A stretch of DNA of 59,788 bases, counting the filler, from Basidiobolus meristosporus CBS 931.73 (lineage: Eukaryota > Fungi > Basidiobolomycota), in NCBI GenBank assembly GCA_002104905.1. It is 4 parts of 4 records of this genome, joined end to end, with 100 filler letters (N's around TTAATTAATTAA, not from the genome) between each part and the next. Parts side by side here need not be neighbours in the genome. Positions count along the whole stretch, not along the records: positions 31,064 to 51,268 come from MCFE01001009.1; positions 51,369 to 59,788 come from MCFE01001341.1; 2 more parts are not named here. The stretch is one strand, 5' to 3'. The notes under the pieces were generated by a model. The model saw only the letters and a program-made list of their open reading frames with translations. It had not been told where the DNA came from and ran no database searches. How positions within the stretch are numbered: position 1 is the stretch's first letter; each line of letters opens with the position of its first letter. This document shows, one piece after another, positions 46,407 through 59,200 of the stretch. The position numbers and the translations under genes were made by a program.

Positions 46407-46957
46407 AGCATTTTGCGTGGCTACAAAAATGCTCCACCTTCCTATAACGTTAGTTTAGTTAGTTTCCCAATTTGGGATTATATAAAGTCATTTGCAATCA
46501 TGCCATTCCATTCCATAAATGTATGAGGCTCTTGTGCTCACTAAATCCAGATCAATTATGCTCCCGATATTCTCAAAATAGTACATAATTGACCAATTCG
46601 TCCCTTGCTTCAAGATCTTGATATGGATTGAAAATGAATATGAATGCTAGCCAAAGAAGGCAATTGAAGGCAATACTTCAACTAATGTAATCCCTAATTG
46701 TTACAAATACTTTACTCGTACACAAATAGAACAGCTAATAGTACTAATTGGTTGGATATTTGTCAGCCATTAGAAAATATCATACGATAAACTGGCTCTT
46801 TTTGTTATGAAAGTCTTGCAGATTGTAAGGCACGTGAAGTAAATGTAGGTTTTTTGATTTTCACATCATGAATATTGCATGTAAAGGGAGTTTTTAAACT
46901 TTAGTAAGCTCTGGCAAGACAACATGTAAAAATATTTATGAAGATCCCACAAATACA

Positions 46958-47051
46958 TGTTGTAAGAGTTTTTGCGTTATTGGAATGATTAGAAGTACAA
47001 GTATATCATGTGGTTCTCACTTAATGACGGATTGAATGTAAAAGTTGTATT
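46958..47051 (-). mobile_element. Partial older LTR interrupted by a younger copia insertion
   Basis: tgttgtaagagtttttg...gaatgtaaaagttgtatt, cut exactly where the next TGTTGCAAG begins. Confidence 0.75.
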
Positions 47052-50000
47052 TGTTGCAAGAGTCTTGGAGATGTTGGAAGTGATTGGCAGAACAAGTAGA
47101 TTATGTGGTTTTCACTTAATGATTCATTGAATGCAAAAGTAGTATTTATACTTTACATGGTCATGGGATAATAAACACATAGAATAGATTTAAGAAGGTC
47201 CCAAGAGCATGTGTGCAAAGTTAGGGGCTGTTTGGATAACTTATCCAATTTTCATGTTCTAGTACCTGATATGTGGGTGAAAATATTCCAAGTAGATCCC
47301 AACAAAAAATTTAGTCATTATTCTCTAAGATTTGTTGGTAATGATCAAAGTGACTAAGTTAGGTGAATATTTAGAAGGAATTCCAAACTTTTACAACACT
47401 CCCACCCAACTAAATGATAATATTGACTAGTCCTAATTTTGACCTAAGATATTCAAGTTTGTCTCTAGCTAATGGTTTGGTAAATAGGTCTGCAATCATT
47501 TCATCTGTAGGACAGTAAACCAAATTAGCTAAGCTAATCTCTATAGCTTCACATATGAAATGAAGTCTAATATCAGTGTGCCTAGTTCTAGCATGAAAAG
47601 TTGGATTTCTAGCTAATTGTATACTTGCTTGATTATCTTGAACTAAAGTAATAGGCATTTTTATTGTAAAAATTTGTAATTCCACCTAAATATTCACCTA
47701 ACTTAGTCACTTAGAGCATTACCTTCAAGTCCTAGGGAATACTGACAAAACTCCTTGTCAGGATATACTTAGAATATTTACCCAGTACATGAAAATTCTC
47801 AAAGTTGTCCAAATAACCCCAAACTTTGAAAACATGCTCTTGGGCCCATCCTTAACCTATTCTGCATGCTTGTAATGCCAAGATCATGTAAAAAGTATAA
47901 ATACTACTTTTACATTCAATAAATCATCAAGTGAAAACCACATAATCCATTTGTCCTCTCAAATCACTTCCAATATCTTCAAGACTCTTGCAACAATTTT
48001 TTGCTAGTAGAGCCAGATGTGCTCTATCTGGCTTATAGTAGATAGCATAGTCAGCAGTACTCCTTTGGACACTCAAGATTCTAAATAAGAATACATCTTG
48101 CTATTCCCAGCTCTTGTTAATTGTTTGAGACCATATAGCAACATTCTAAGCTTGAAGACCAAGTGGGAGTAATCCTGGTCAGCAAAGCCATCAGGCTGGT
48201 CTATATACATGCTATCATCAGTTTTTACATTCAAAAATGCAGTTTCTACATCCATTCAATGTATAAAAACTAATATTTGGCAGCAATAGCTAAAATACAT
48301 CCGATGGAATCAAACTTGGCTACTAGTGCAGAGGTCTCATTATAGTCACATTCTTTTGTTTGAGAGTATCCTTTGGCCATAAGTTTTGCTTTGATCTTAT
48401 AATCTTACCATTAGCCTTGTACTTTTTCCTGAAGACCCATCTTAGTACAATCAAATTTTGATTGATTGGTAATTTGACAGAGTCTCCAGTTTGATGTTCT
48501 ATCAGTGCCTGATAATCCTTGATCATTGCAGATCTCCAAAACTTTTTCTAAGAGCTATTTAAGGCCTATCTTACAGTCTGTGTTGCATCAATATGGTCTG
48601 AATAGGCATAAACTGAGTTTGTACCCTCCTTGGTATAGTAATTTGGTCCATTTCTGGTCCTGTAGAATCTCCTAGTTTGCAATACTGGAATGATCACACC
48701 AAGGGTATTCCTGGGTGCTGATACATGCTGAACCACAGTTGAAGAGTCCTCTGGAGAGAAAAAATCTTCATTCTCTTGCTCTGATTCAATCCTGACTGCT
48801 GGTGGACTTGAAATCAGATTTTTGTTATCACTCAGTGTATATTTTTGGGAATTCTTAATTTTTCATCAAAGAACACATCCCTGGCATTAATCAGCTTCTT
48901 TGCTTTGGCAGTGTAGAGTCTGTATGATTTACTCTCATTGCAGCAGCCTAAAAATAAGCATTTTGCACTTTTTGGCTCAGATTTGGACTGATTACCAGGC
49001 AGTTCCTTGGCAAATACTTAACACCCAAACATTCTTAGATATTCTGCACTTTGTCAGTGATCATACCATGTCTCAGGTGGAGTAGAATCATGTGGTGTTC
49101 TGCTATAGCTCCTACTTTTAAGAAATGCAGCTGTAGCAACTAATCTAACTTAATATTATAGGATGATTTTGATCATGGACCATATATCCTGCTATATCCA
49201 TTTTCTTGCATGATTTGCACCTTCTGCTACCCCATTTTGCTGTGAAGAGTATGGTACAGTAGTCTCTTGCTTTATCCCATGAATTTTGCAGAAGTGGATG
49301 AAGAGCTTTGAGGATTGTTTTCCACCATTGTCAGAGCATATTTTCTTAATTTTTTCACCAATGTCTCTCTCCACCAAGGCTGTAAGCTCCTTGAGCTTAG
49401 AGAGAGCTTCTTTCTTTCTCTCCACAAAGTAGACCCATGTGTATCTTGAATAATCATCAATGAAAGTGATTTAATAATACATCCTGCCTAAAGAAAAATA
49501 TTGCATAGGTCTACACAGATCTGAGTGAGTTAAATCTAATTTCTTCTTAGTTTTGATTTACCCAGAGCTCCTGAAAAGTTGTATGGCTTGTTCCCCAGAT
49601 ATGCAGGCTTCACAATGCTCCAAACCAGCTGTGGGATCAATTTTACCTTGGAAATTAGCTGATCTTTGATCAATTTGTGCAAATATTCAAAATGTTGTGC
49701 ATCAACATTTAAAACTTGGCCAATTTCACTCCATTAGAAAGTCTAGTACCCTAACAGATTTTCCCTAATCCAAACATAACTAATCACTGTTATGGTCTAT
49801 TTTAACTCTTCTCAGAATCTATTTTTAGCTGTCATACCTGATCAATTTTCAAGTGGTCATTACGTCCTCAATTGATCTGCTAAGCCTTTCCAAAGGATTA
49901 GTCATCTGAGAACTATCCAATCACTTAAAGTTGCCAAGACATCAGCTGATTGATGATGCAATTTTCATTTATCTTATGCACCTATCAACACCCCAACAGA

Positions 50001-50520
50001 TTTCAATTAGTCCAGTCTCTTGGTGCCTACTAATTTAACTTGATCTGAAAAATATAAATAAAGATTACTGAACCTTTTGGTTTAGTGTGTGTCTCAACAA
50101 AATTAAGAATTTAACAATTCCGTTCTAGTTTCCACCCAAGCCTAGCATATCTAGCATTCCCAAGAACACCAAGCCTAGCCTGTAGAGCAAACCAATTCTG
50201 TTGCCTTTATAGCCCAACTCAACTATATACAAGACCAATATTAGACCAGAACCTCTCTGCTAATATTTCTGTCACCCTTTACAACTCTAAGATTCTGTGC
50301 TTAGTTGTCACTTAGGTTCAGTTAAGTCATTCAAGAGTTTTATTACGTTTTCTCTTGGATACAACACAAGATTGCTTTGTTCAAATTGCCTGTGCCAAAA
50401 CATTGATGTTTCCTCACTTAAGTAGCTCATAACTGATTTCTGAAAGGATGGAGCATAGTCAACTTGTATAGATTCTGATCTATGATACCCAAAGCAATAG
50501 GGGCACCATTTTGATTAGTC
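47052..50520 (-). mobile_element. Degraded copia element (3' LTR 47052-47398, PPT, deleted RT, integrase, pre-integrase) with internal insertions
   Basis: Collinear with 9817-12620 and 19300-19620; many stops; ~750 bp of RT missing; foreign sequence at ~49710-50380. Confidence 0.88.
47662..47995 (+). mobile_element. Solo LTR, opposite orientation, TSD ATTTT
   Basis: ATTTT at 47657-47661 and 47996-48000; reverse complement of the family LTR. Confidence 0.9.
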
Positions 50521-51268
50521 AGGGTTGGGGGGGAGGAAAGTCACCAAGTGGTGGAGTCTTTATTTATTTATGACAAAGTTAATCCCAATTAATTCCTAGA
50601 AAGCAAGGTCTGAGAAATATCTCCCTGGTAAGCCAGGTCTGAGAGTTGAGAAGCTGAGTGGTACTGTATTACCTAGTTATATAGGTCTGAGAGAGGTTTC
50701 CTGGAAACTCAGGCCTGAGAAGTAAGAATCTGAGTATATCTGAGGTAAGTTATACTGGTTTGTGGTAGCTGAATTGTGGCTAGAATGGCCAGTTGAGTGA
50801 GAGAACTGAGGGGAACTTCTGAGCAATCACCAGTCAAATATACCAGGCAAATCTGACCAATTAGGGCCAGGGGGGAAACAGTCACCAACTGGTGAAATCA
50901 TTATTTCAGCTGAAACAAAGAAGACAGCACTATTGTCACAGTCTTAATACAGGAGTGTCTAGCTGAGGGGAACTTGTAGGTAAGTTAACAAGGGTAAATT
51001 ATAGTTCACAGTGCTCAAGACAATGTTCAGTGGGAAGAGGGGTAGCAAGAGGGACAAGAATGATTTTTGAACAACATTGATAAGGGTTAGGCGGGATGAT
51101 AATCACCAAAAGGTGAAATCTTAGGGTCAGGGGAACCCTATAAAAAATAATTTGGGTTAGGGGAAGACAGTCATCAACAGGTGAAATCTTTATCTCAGTT
51201 GAAACAAAGAAGCCAGCACTACTGTTGTAGCTTTGGTACAAGAGTGTGTAGCTGATGGGAATTTGTAG
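50521..51268. repeat. CpG-depleted repeat with internal ~290-bp duplication, related to 9550-9620
   Basis: 50871-50990 and 51161-51268 are imperfect direct repeats; a GGG..AGTCACCAA..GGTGAAATC-like motif occurs about four times. Confidence 0.6.
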
Positions 51269-51368
51269 NNNNNNNNNNNNNNNNNNNNNNNNNNNNNNNN
51301 NNNNNNNNNNNNTTAATTAATTAANNNNNNNNNNNNNNNNNNNNNNNNNNNNNNNNNNNNNNNNNNNN
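51269..51368. other. Assembly gap (100 bp) with linker
   Basis: TTAATTAATTAA at 51313-51324. Confidence 0.98.
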
Positions 51369-51815
51369 GGCTCGTCCTTCACCAACTTCCATCACTGCGA
51401 GAACACCACTCTCCAAGACGCTGATGACCGTATCTTCTCCACCACTGTCAAGGCCCACTACAACATCGACACCTCGATTGGAGTCGAGAACATTCCATTC
51501 GACCGCATCTTTGAAGGAGTCCGCAAGACCACCCTTGATGTGTTCGCCCACGATGACTCTGCCTCAGTCCAGGCCACCATGTACCGCATGGCTGAGTTGA
51601 TCTTGAAGCGCTTCCCAGAAGTCCGTGATGTGTACTACGCCCTCCCCAACAGCCATCACTTCACCACCAACCTTGCCCCCTTCAACCTCCCTAATGCTGG
51701 CCAAGAGATGGCCATTTTCTCCCCTGTAACTGATTTCTCTAGCTATATCACTGCTACCATTGGTCGTCGTGGTAACAAGTTTCAATTTTCATCAGTGCCT
51801 GCCTTCTCTGATTAG
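51369..51815 (+). CDS. uaZ: Uricase (urate oxidase) C-terminal half; 5' part in gap; possibly decaying
   Basis: GSSFTNF..ENTTL..DDRIFST, DSASVQATMY, YYALPNSH; tail DFSSYITAT departs from the usual DPxGxI pattern. Confidence 0.85.
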   Translation, partial: GSSFTNFHHCENTTLQDADDRIFSTTVKAHYNIDTSIGVENIPFDRIFEGVRKTTLDVFAHDDSASVQATMYRMAELILKRFPEVRDVYYALPNSHHFTTNLAPFNLPNAGQEMAIFSPVTDFSSYITATIGRRGNKFQFSSVPAFSD

Positions 51816-52438
51816 ATAACCGTCACAATTGGCCGCCACTACCCCGTATTCGGTCATCGTAAAATACGACTGGTTCGCCTCACATTTAGCAACAGGCCAA
51901 GGTACTAAAATCCTCGAGAGTTTTACTATGCTGTGTTGCAGTTCAAGAAGATTTGTCTTTTGACAGAGCGTCAACTCAGGATATGAATGCGCAATGCGAA
52001 TTACTAGTATATCCTCACAATATTTCAGGATCTAGTCTATCCATCTCATGAATGTTCCATGAATAGAAGCTTCAGTTGGCGATTGCAACAATTGATACTC
52101 TCCAAGACTTACAGAATACAGAAAATCTTACTACTCCACTCTAGTGGTTGACACCTATCCTTCTTTGTACAACTCTGCGAATCTCAGTCTGTGACCCATT
52201 TTGTCGAATCAAACGTCATACTTGTGTTGAAGTAACAAATAATTTTTAACAGAACCATTTTGTAAACTTTTTATCTAGTGGTGTATGGAAATTAGTTTTT
52301 ATTGGCTAGTGGATCAAGTGAAAGCATAAAATTTGAGGTTGAGCAAAAAACTTCCATGACTTGTAGTTTGTTTCCCCCACGACCAATGATGGGGGTGAAG
52401 TAACCCAAGATGTCAGTAATGGGTGAGGAGATGACTAT

Positions 52439-52595
52439 TTAGGAATGGTGTCTATTGGGGAAAACATAGTACACATCATGGACTTCGGGGAAGTACAAGA
52501 TCAACTCAGCCATGCGGTACATGGTGGCCTGGACTGAGGCAGAGTCATCATGAGCGAACACATCCAAGGTGGTCTTGCAGGCACCTTCAAAGATA
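52439..52595 (-). pseudogene. Inverted uricase C-terminal fragment
   Basis: KTTLDVFAHDDSASVQATMYRMAELIL-YFPEVHDVYYVFPNRH; reverse-complement copy of 51510-51660 with a small deletion. Confidence 0.85.
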
Positions 52596-52634
52596 CAGTA
52601 GAATAGGATGAGTAATCCCTGATACCAAAGCTGA

Positions 52635-52832
52635 CACGATGTTATTGAGCTCACCGCTCAAGTCCTCCTCGATGGCAAGTTCGAAACCTCCTACACCGAG
52701 GCTGACAACTCTGTCGTTGTCCCCACCGACACTGTCAAGAACACCCTCTATGTCCTCGCCCAGAAGGCCGAGAATGTCCAGACCATCGAGCGTTTCGGTT
52801 ACGAGATTGGTCAACACTTCATCAACAGATAC
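52635..52832 (+). pseudogene. Uricase N-terminal fragment
   Basis: HDVIELTAQVLLDGKFETSYTEADNSVVVPTDTVKNTLYVLAQK...GQHFINRY; no start and no continuation. Confidence 0.88.
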
Positions 52833-53717
52833 TCTGACCGAGCAGAGTCCATTCGTAGAGATCAGTGATTTACTATGGTTTGTTATTAGCTTCTTTTTTG
52901 TATATTGACACTTGAGCTAATAGTTTGATGATTCATTAACATTCATTAATTGTTGCGCTACCAACGTTTCAAGTATTCTCTTCTGGTATTTGGTGATTTT
53001 GGTGGCCAGTATCCCAGCATCTTGTGGTAATCACCGAGCTTTTACCCGCAGAATTTATTGGGTAATACCCTGAGATTGTTTCAATTATGTAGGTAGTTCT
53101 TGGATGCATTTGGGGTTTCTAGAACCATGAACAGGTGCTTTGACTGACACGGATCGGTTCTAGTTAATCACCGATTCGGGTGCCCGATATGGAGAAATCA
53201 GGTAAGAGATGTCTTTCATCTGAATATTCATCACAACATGCACTCGTTCGATCAGATTCTGTTTAATTTCCGCGTGGTAGGCCATGGCTTTTATCTTGGT
53301 GTATATCCTTTTTGATTACCTGCTCTTTCTTAAGCACACCACCCAGCTTGCCTCATACGGACTGTTGGCGATACTTTGGAAGCAATGGAGGGGAAGTGGC
53401 GGGGAGGGCTGATGCAAGTATATTCATTATTGTAAATGTTAAACCAAACCAATGATTAGGCTTGGCAAAGAAATAACCGGTTATTACGAGTTCTATCTGG
53501 CCCATTCTTGATCTATTATCACGCAGGGTTAGTTAAAATGTATGGTTTGACCAGTTCCATCTATATACACATTCCTATATTTGGTTAAAGTGGGCTGATC
53601 TAACCAGAGAACTTCGCAGGGTGAGGGAAAATGTGTGCTTTGACATAAATACTCTCTCACTCCACCTTCGGCTTCTGGCGATATTTATATCTTCATCAAA
53701 ATTCAACCCTCCCCAAC

Positions 53718-54281
53718 ATGTATCCTCATTCTATGAACACAGCAGATCGCTCAAATATGATGGAATTGGTATTTCATTCGCTTGGGGTTTATCCTTCGAT
53801 GGCCGATACTTTTCCGCCCAGGTATGCCAGTTCGGCCTCCGTTATGCCGCACAGAATGCTCTTCGAGAATAGTCTATTATTTTCACATTTCTTAGAGCTA
53901 GGTGAACAACTACCAACCTCGAATCATCGTATTTCGGGCTATTACGATTCTCTAGTCCCACAATCCACAAGCCCGCAAGTGTCAACAGTTGGCTCCAACA
54001 CGGCTTCAGAGAATTCCTCACGTAAAAACAGTCAAGGGAAGGTCAAAACTCTTCAGAGAGATCGTCCATATGCCTGCACACATTGCCTAAGGACATTCAC
54101 AAGAAAGTATGATTTAGAACGTCATGAAAGATTACATACTGGTGATCGGCCTTACCAGTGTGCATTTTGTCACAATTCGTATGCCAGAGTGGACGCCAGG
54201 CAACGCCACTACAAATATGACGGCACATGCTCTTTTCTGTATACTATTACGAAAAGCAGTGGTATTGAAATGCCGTTTTAA
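53718..54281 (+). CDS. C2H2 zinc-finger transcription factor, 187 aa
   Basis: CTHCLRTFTRKYDLERHERLH-TGDRPY-QCAFCHNSYARVDARQRH; same finger type as 3142-4146. Confidence 0.88.
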   Translation: MYPHSMNTADRSNMMELVFHSLGVYPSMADTFPPRYASSASVMPHRMLFENSLLFSHFLELGEQLPTSNHRISGYYDSLVPQSTSPQVSTVGSNTASENSSRKNSQGKVKTLQRDRPYACTHCLRTFTRKYDLERHERLHTGDRPYQCAFCHNSYARVDARQRHYKYDGTCSFLYTITKSSGIEMPF

Positions 54282-55212
54282 AGTGCATTTCGTTACCAAT
54301 TCCAATTGTATATACATAGTTCATTTGCTCTCTATGCTATCATATCTCTCTACCATTGAATCGAATTTCGTAGCGGTTTTTGGCAACACAGCTGATACCC
54401 GATCTATTTACTGTAATGCCCTTTATGTGTAGTAAGATAGTAAATAGTTCAGTGGATCTTGTTGGCGATAAACTTGTTTCAATGTCACATTACAAATAAT
54501 GACGAAAGCGATTTCCGCCATAGTTGTCTCAGTGCTCAACATCACCTATATGAAAGGAGAGTTTCGGCCAAAGCATACCTGTTAATGACATTGTGTCAGC
54601 TCTAGCTCTCCTTGATCTGAATGATCTGTTACAGTAAGCAAATATTCTATAATAATATAGACGCAATCAGTATGTGAGATGTGGAGTACAGAGGCAGTTT
54701 ATAGTAAGTAACATAAATCAGGTCCTTGGCAGGAATATGCAATGCACCATGATTTGAAATACATTAGTTGTACATATTAGTGTTGGAAATATCGGATATA
54801 TGATAAATAGAGAGGTCAAGGTATACCAAATTATATAGTTCCCACCAGCTACACTCGCAGGGGTGGAGAAACATGAAAATGGCGCAGTGGTCAAAACATT
54901 CTTATCATCTGGACCTTAGGGTAAGGCACCCTATTTCCTTATATAATACGCGTGATTTCCATCATATGATTTTATGATGATAGCTCAACTGATCGGCTAA
55001 AAGTGTGGCAAGGCAAAGGCTGGCTGGTTGATTTTCTTTGGAGCATGCCGATAAAAAAAGATGAAATGTTTAACTGGGTGGAAGTCGATATTATCCTCTT
55101 AGGATATATTATTGCTCTAAGCCGCCACAAAGTCTGACTTCTCTTGCTTGATGTATACAGGGCTTGTTCATGAACAAAAGGGGCTGCATGGTCTTCTGTA
55201 TTTCTGGAAGAA

Positions 55213-56288
55213 TCATTGCTCACCGTGCCGCCGAAGAGAAAGCTTCATTCCTTGGTTGGAAAACCAATCTGACAAAGGTGTAACGTCTTTCTCCTTTGAT
55301 TAGTAAACTGGTTGGATATGTTACCCCAAGATATTGGGCTCTTACCGGCCATTCCTGGAAAACTGCGCGGTGGATACACCGTAAAGGGTTCACTATAAAC
55401 GTGAGTGAGCATGTAGTTATGTCCTTCTTTCCAAGTCCTGGGAATGGAAAAGATGTGTTAGGAGCAATATCGAATTACAACTTCTCACTTTTCTACCTCA
55501 TGATATCCCACAGACTAAACCGTAGTCTATATTTTCCTTCCACCCTTACCGAGAGGTCAGGAAACAGAAAAAAAACGCCAGGGTTGCCGTCCATATGCCT
55601 GAGTTGATACGAGGAGGAGACGGTGCAGCCTATTAAATTTCGGACGTTAACAGGCCCGCCAAGAGATATAATAGAAGAACCTTGCCGCTCTTGACTAGAC
55701 GTTGGTATGGACGCCGGATTGACTACTACGTTACAATCATGCTGGAAATCAGCTGACCAAAGGTCCGCATGTACAACAAAATTTGCGATTTCGACCGTAC
55801 TTTGGAGAAGTCAGTTAGTGCAAGGGAGTCAGACGGCATTATTGAAAGGTGTGCTACTTTTCAGTGGTCGTATTGTTGGTCTTGAGCTCCAGTATCGGGA
55901 GTGGCCCAATTAGTCTACGGTCCTTGTCACCAAATCCACACATTCTCGCCCGTGTAGGCTGTTGAAGGATTTCCAAAGAGTATCTGATGGGTTGAAAATG
56001 GTTAATGAGTTGAGCACCAATGTAATCCACGCCAGCACTACCTGGTCATCGTTGTTGTAAGAATACGGTGAGGAAAAACAAAAACACGTGAATGCAAAAA
56101 GGATAAAAGCAAAAAGGATAAGGGAGTGACTTTTCCTTTCTTATAATAAATTTACTGGGCAGAAGTGAAGTTGAAGTTACCATATCAGGTGGGACGTACC
56201 AAGTTCTATATGGCATGCAGAGCGGTGCCGTTATAAAGTAGGATCCGATATAGTTTGGGGGTTGTTGGAATACCAAGTTATCTGTCAT
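55213..56288 (-). CDS. Velvet-domain regulator (VelB/VosA-like), ~261 aa; exons 56288-56156, 56041-55858, 55799-55497, 55437-55346, 55286-55213
   Basis: Hand translation: YSLEILQQPTRARMCGFGDKDRRLIGPLP; RNLIGCTVSS; GVFFLFPDLSVRVEGKYRLRF; SEPFTVYPPRSFPGM; TPLSDWFSNQGMKLSLRR. Four GT-AG introns (114, 58, 59, 59 nt) give one open frame. Alternative ATG at 56306. Confidence 0.92.
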
Positions 56289-59200
56289 ACCTTTATGCCA
56301 CCCCATTTACCTTCACTCTTAACCAACTGGTTTCTTGCTGCTAATTGGTTAGCAGCTGTTGATAATCTAGATTGAAGATGGACAAATGTATTATCAGGAA
56401 TTATGGACTTTGAACCTGATTGGCCGAACGAGTTCGAGGACGCATCCGTCTGCTTCAATCTTGAGCGATCATAGTCTGGTTGCCTATTTCTGCATATACC
56501 ATCTGCTCTTACGATATAGCGAATGTCTAAAGGAGGCTTTACATAGGATTTATATTTAGGCTAATGAGTCAGCAGCGTTAAATGCTTCCGCATCAGTTAA
56601 ACAACCCGCTCTACCTCAAGATTAGTTACCATCCTTTTCCCTCACCGAATCCTGCTCAATTAACCTGAACATGACTGCTTTGATTTGACAATGTGCTACA
56701 ATCGAACCATAAACTAAGCTTTGTTCTGGTTGTTGTTTCTGAGCTCGATCTGTGGGATTTCTTGTCTATCCTCACAGAGTACCTGTGAAGATTGCGATAA
56801 TTAGTGGCGCACCTTATCTCATGTTTCATGTATCGTTAATCCTCCATGTATTTGTCCAAATGTTATCTTATTTGGATGACTCGCCCCCAAGGTAGGTGAT
56901 AGAAAGATGGAAGCGAGAATAAAATGGTCAACACAGTTCATTCCCTATTTTGGCCATTAGTGTATGATACATGCTACGTACGTCCTAGGACCAGAACAAT
57001 TGTGAAGTCTAAATGTGGCAATACACAATTAAACGAGCTATATGAAGTTCTCTGTGTGATTCCTTTTTATTCTCTGATGCATTATCCTCTCCTTATTGGA
57101 ATGAATATTAGTGATTAGGCCCCAGTACACAGTTGCTGAGCCCGTATCACACTGATTCACATGATACTATCATGTTACGAACGCGTTACCGCATATAGAC
57201 TCCATATTGGAGGGGGAGTAATGGTGTTTGTAACACTAACGTTTACAGAAAGCGAAAATCAAGCTACAAACTCTTTCGAGGATAGCACTTTGGGAAGCCT
57301 AGAGATCAGCGATCATGCCAAATTAGCCGATTTGCTCGTCAATTTAATCGAATTTTATTGGCGAGAATTGGTTGCAAGTATTCCTGTAGTCAAATTTATT
57401 CATATTCTCAATTTTATACTATTAGCCGAGAATACCTTTTCAACAATTCTCTTTCCTTATGGAAGTGTCAGAGTGTTGAGAGTATACTCACATTACATGA
57501 CGCTAAACAAAATAATATATGAATATATGACAAACTTAGACATTGGTGCTGGTGTAAAATCTAATGACGAGCTTATATTTGAAAAGCATACTTCGATTCA
57601 GGTATATTACTTATTACCTCATTGATTCGAGGAGAGTTCAAAGTTATTTGGTGAGCTAGGATTATGATATCATATCCACTAGCCAGTTGACAGTGAATTA
57701 GCATGATTGCCATACTTTATAATAGGTCTGTTTTCATCAAGAGAGATTGATCAAGTTGGAGAATTTATAACTTGAAGCTTGTATGATTATGCCTGGTAAG
57801 GATTTAGTACAGTATCAGTTCTTATCTAGTATCAAATCTATTCTATGCCTTATTTTCATGTGATAGCTGTCTCACCTGATTTTAGGATTTATTGATTTCC
57901 CGGAAGTGATGGCAATTTTCCAGGAGAGGGAGGTCCTTCTTTCCATTGTTTGCCTGGCGATTATTTCAATACAAATAAAAAAGCCAATCTATAGATTTAA
58001 AGTATCCTTGGTAAATATCCTTGATCTGGAGTTAGTGGGAGATATATAAAGTGATAAACCACCCAACGCGCTGTCCCAGCAAATATTGCAGTATGACCTA
58101 GTAAGCGCAACGAAGACCAAGCCCCAATATTGTATGCCTTATTACTAGTATGTACCTTGTCCAGAGCACAGTCCGGGTATTGAAAGAAGCTAATGGTACC
58201 TTATTAGACAGAGTCATTGTTGGCTACATCAATTGTTATGCTGTACCCTACCAAGGTGGATTACTGCGCAACAGTTGTCACCAAAAGAATCTGTTGGGGT
58301 AGATGACGGTATTCGAAATTCGCAGGAAAGTAACATGTACTGATTTTTTCTTCAGCCAGGCTAAAAATGGCACTCCATACCTTTTTTGGATTTTCTGTGG
58401 ATGAATTACTGTCTTGTCGATTGCTTTGCCAGGTGTTGAGCCATGCCTACCACATCAAATTTCAACCACATTGTTTTCATTGAACACATGGTTACAGAAA
58501 GCTATTGCACATACATAGGCTAAGACCACATCTCAGAATACTATTGTTTCCAAGTACATGTTTTGTTTGATAGTAAATGTATATTTACTAACTTGGACCT
58601 GGTCTAGTCCATGTTATCAGTTATAGCTTAAGCCATATGCATTGAGCGGCTCTGGGTCGGTAATGCTTTGACGATTTTTCTTTTAATTCCTTTTGACACA
58701 AATCAGCCACACGGTATGGATAAATTTATACCAGAAGAAACAAAAAGCTGCATCAATTCCTATCCAAGTCAAATACATATATACACTCAACAATGCACCG
58801 AAAGTATCATTGGTTGATTCTTCTTCCCATTTTATTCAAGTACGAGACATGTGTCCACGTACCAATACATTATTCAATCAGTGCTTATCACTTACAAACA
58901 GATGCTACCTTAGGAAGTAACGAAGACTAGAAATTGAGTAAATGGCTTACACAACATACAACCACTCGTCCCACTGGCTTTCGTTTGAGAGAGGCAATGG
59001 ACTTGAGACTCGGACTTCAAGATAAATGACGTAGATTTCCTACATGTGGGAACAAAGTATCTCTTGTCAGTCGCAGCCACCTGAACTTTCCATTCTCTCC
59101 AAGAGATCCATGGCTGGAACCTTGGAGTAATGCGTTTTTATTGATGGGAAGGCTTACAACCCGTCTATCACTAGCTTTTGAACATCGATTAAGATCCCTA

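Noticed and set aside
46408-46436. AGCATTTT...AAAATGCT hairpin after the reductase stop as a retained bacterial terminator
   Set aside because: AT-rich 8-bp stem with no U-tract, lying beyond the apparent transfer breakpoint.
55255-55265. Apparent frameshift in the last velvet exon
   Set aside because: Recount shows four A (TTT TCC on -); the acceptor at 55287 gives an intact frame.
57161-57625. 154-aa ORF with a branch point/acceptor at ~57248
   Set aside because: No recognisable domain and I could not build a consistent exon chain; left unannotated.
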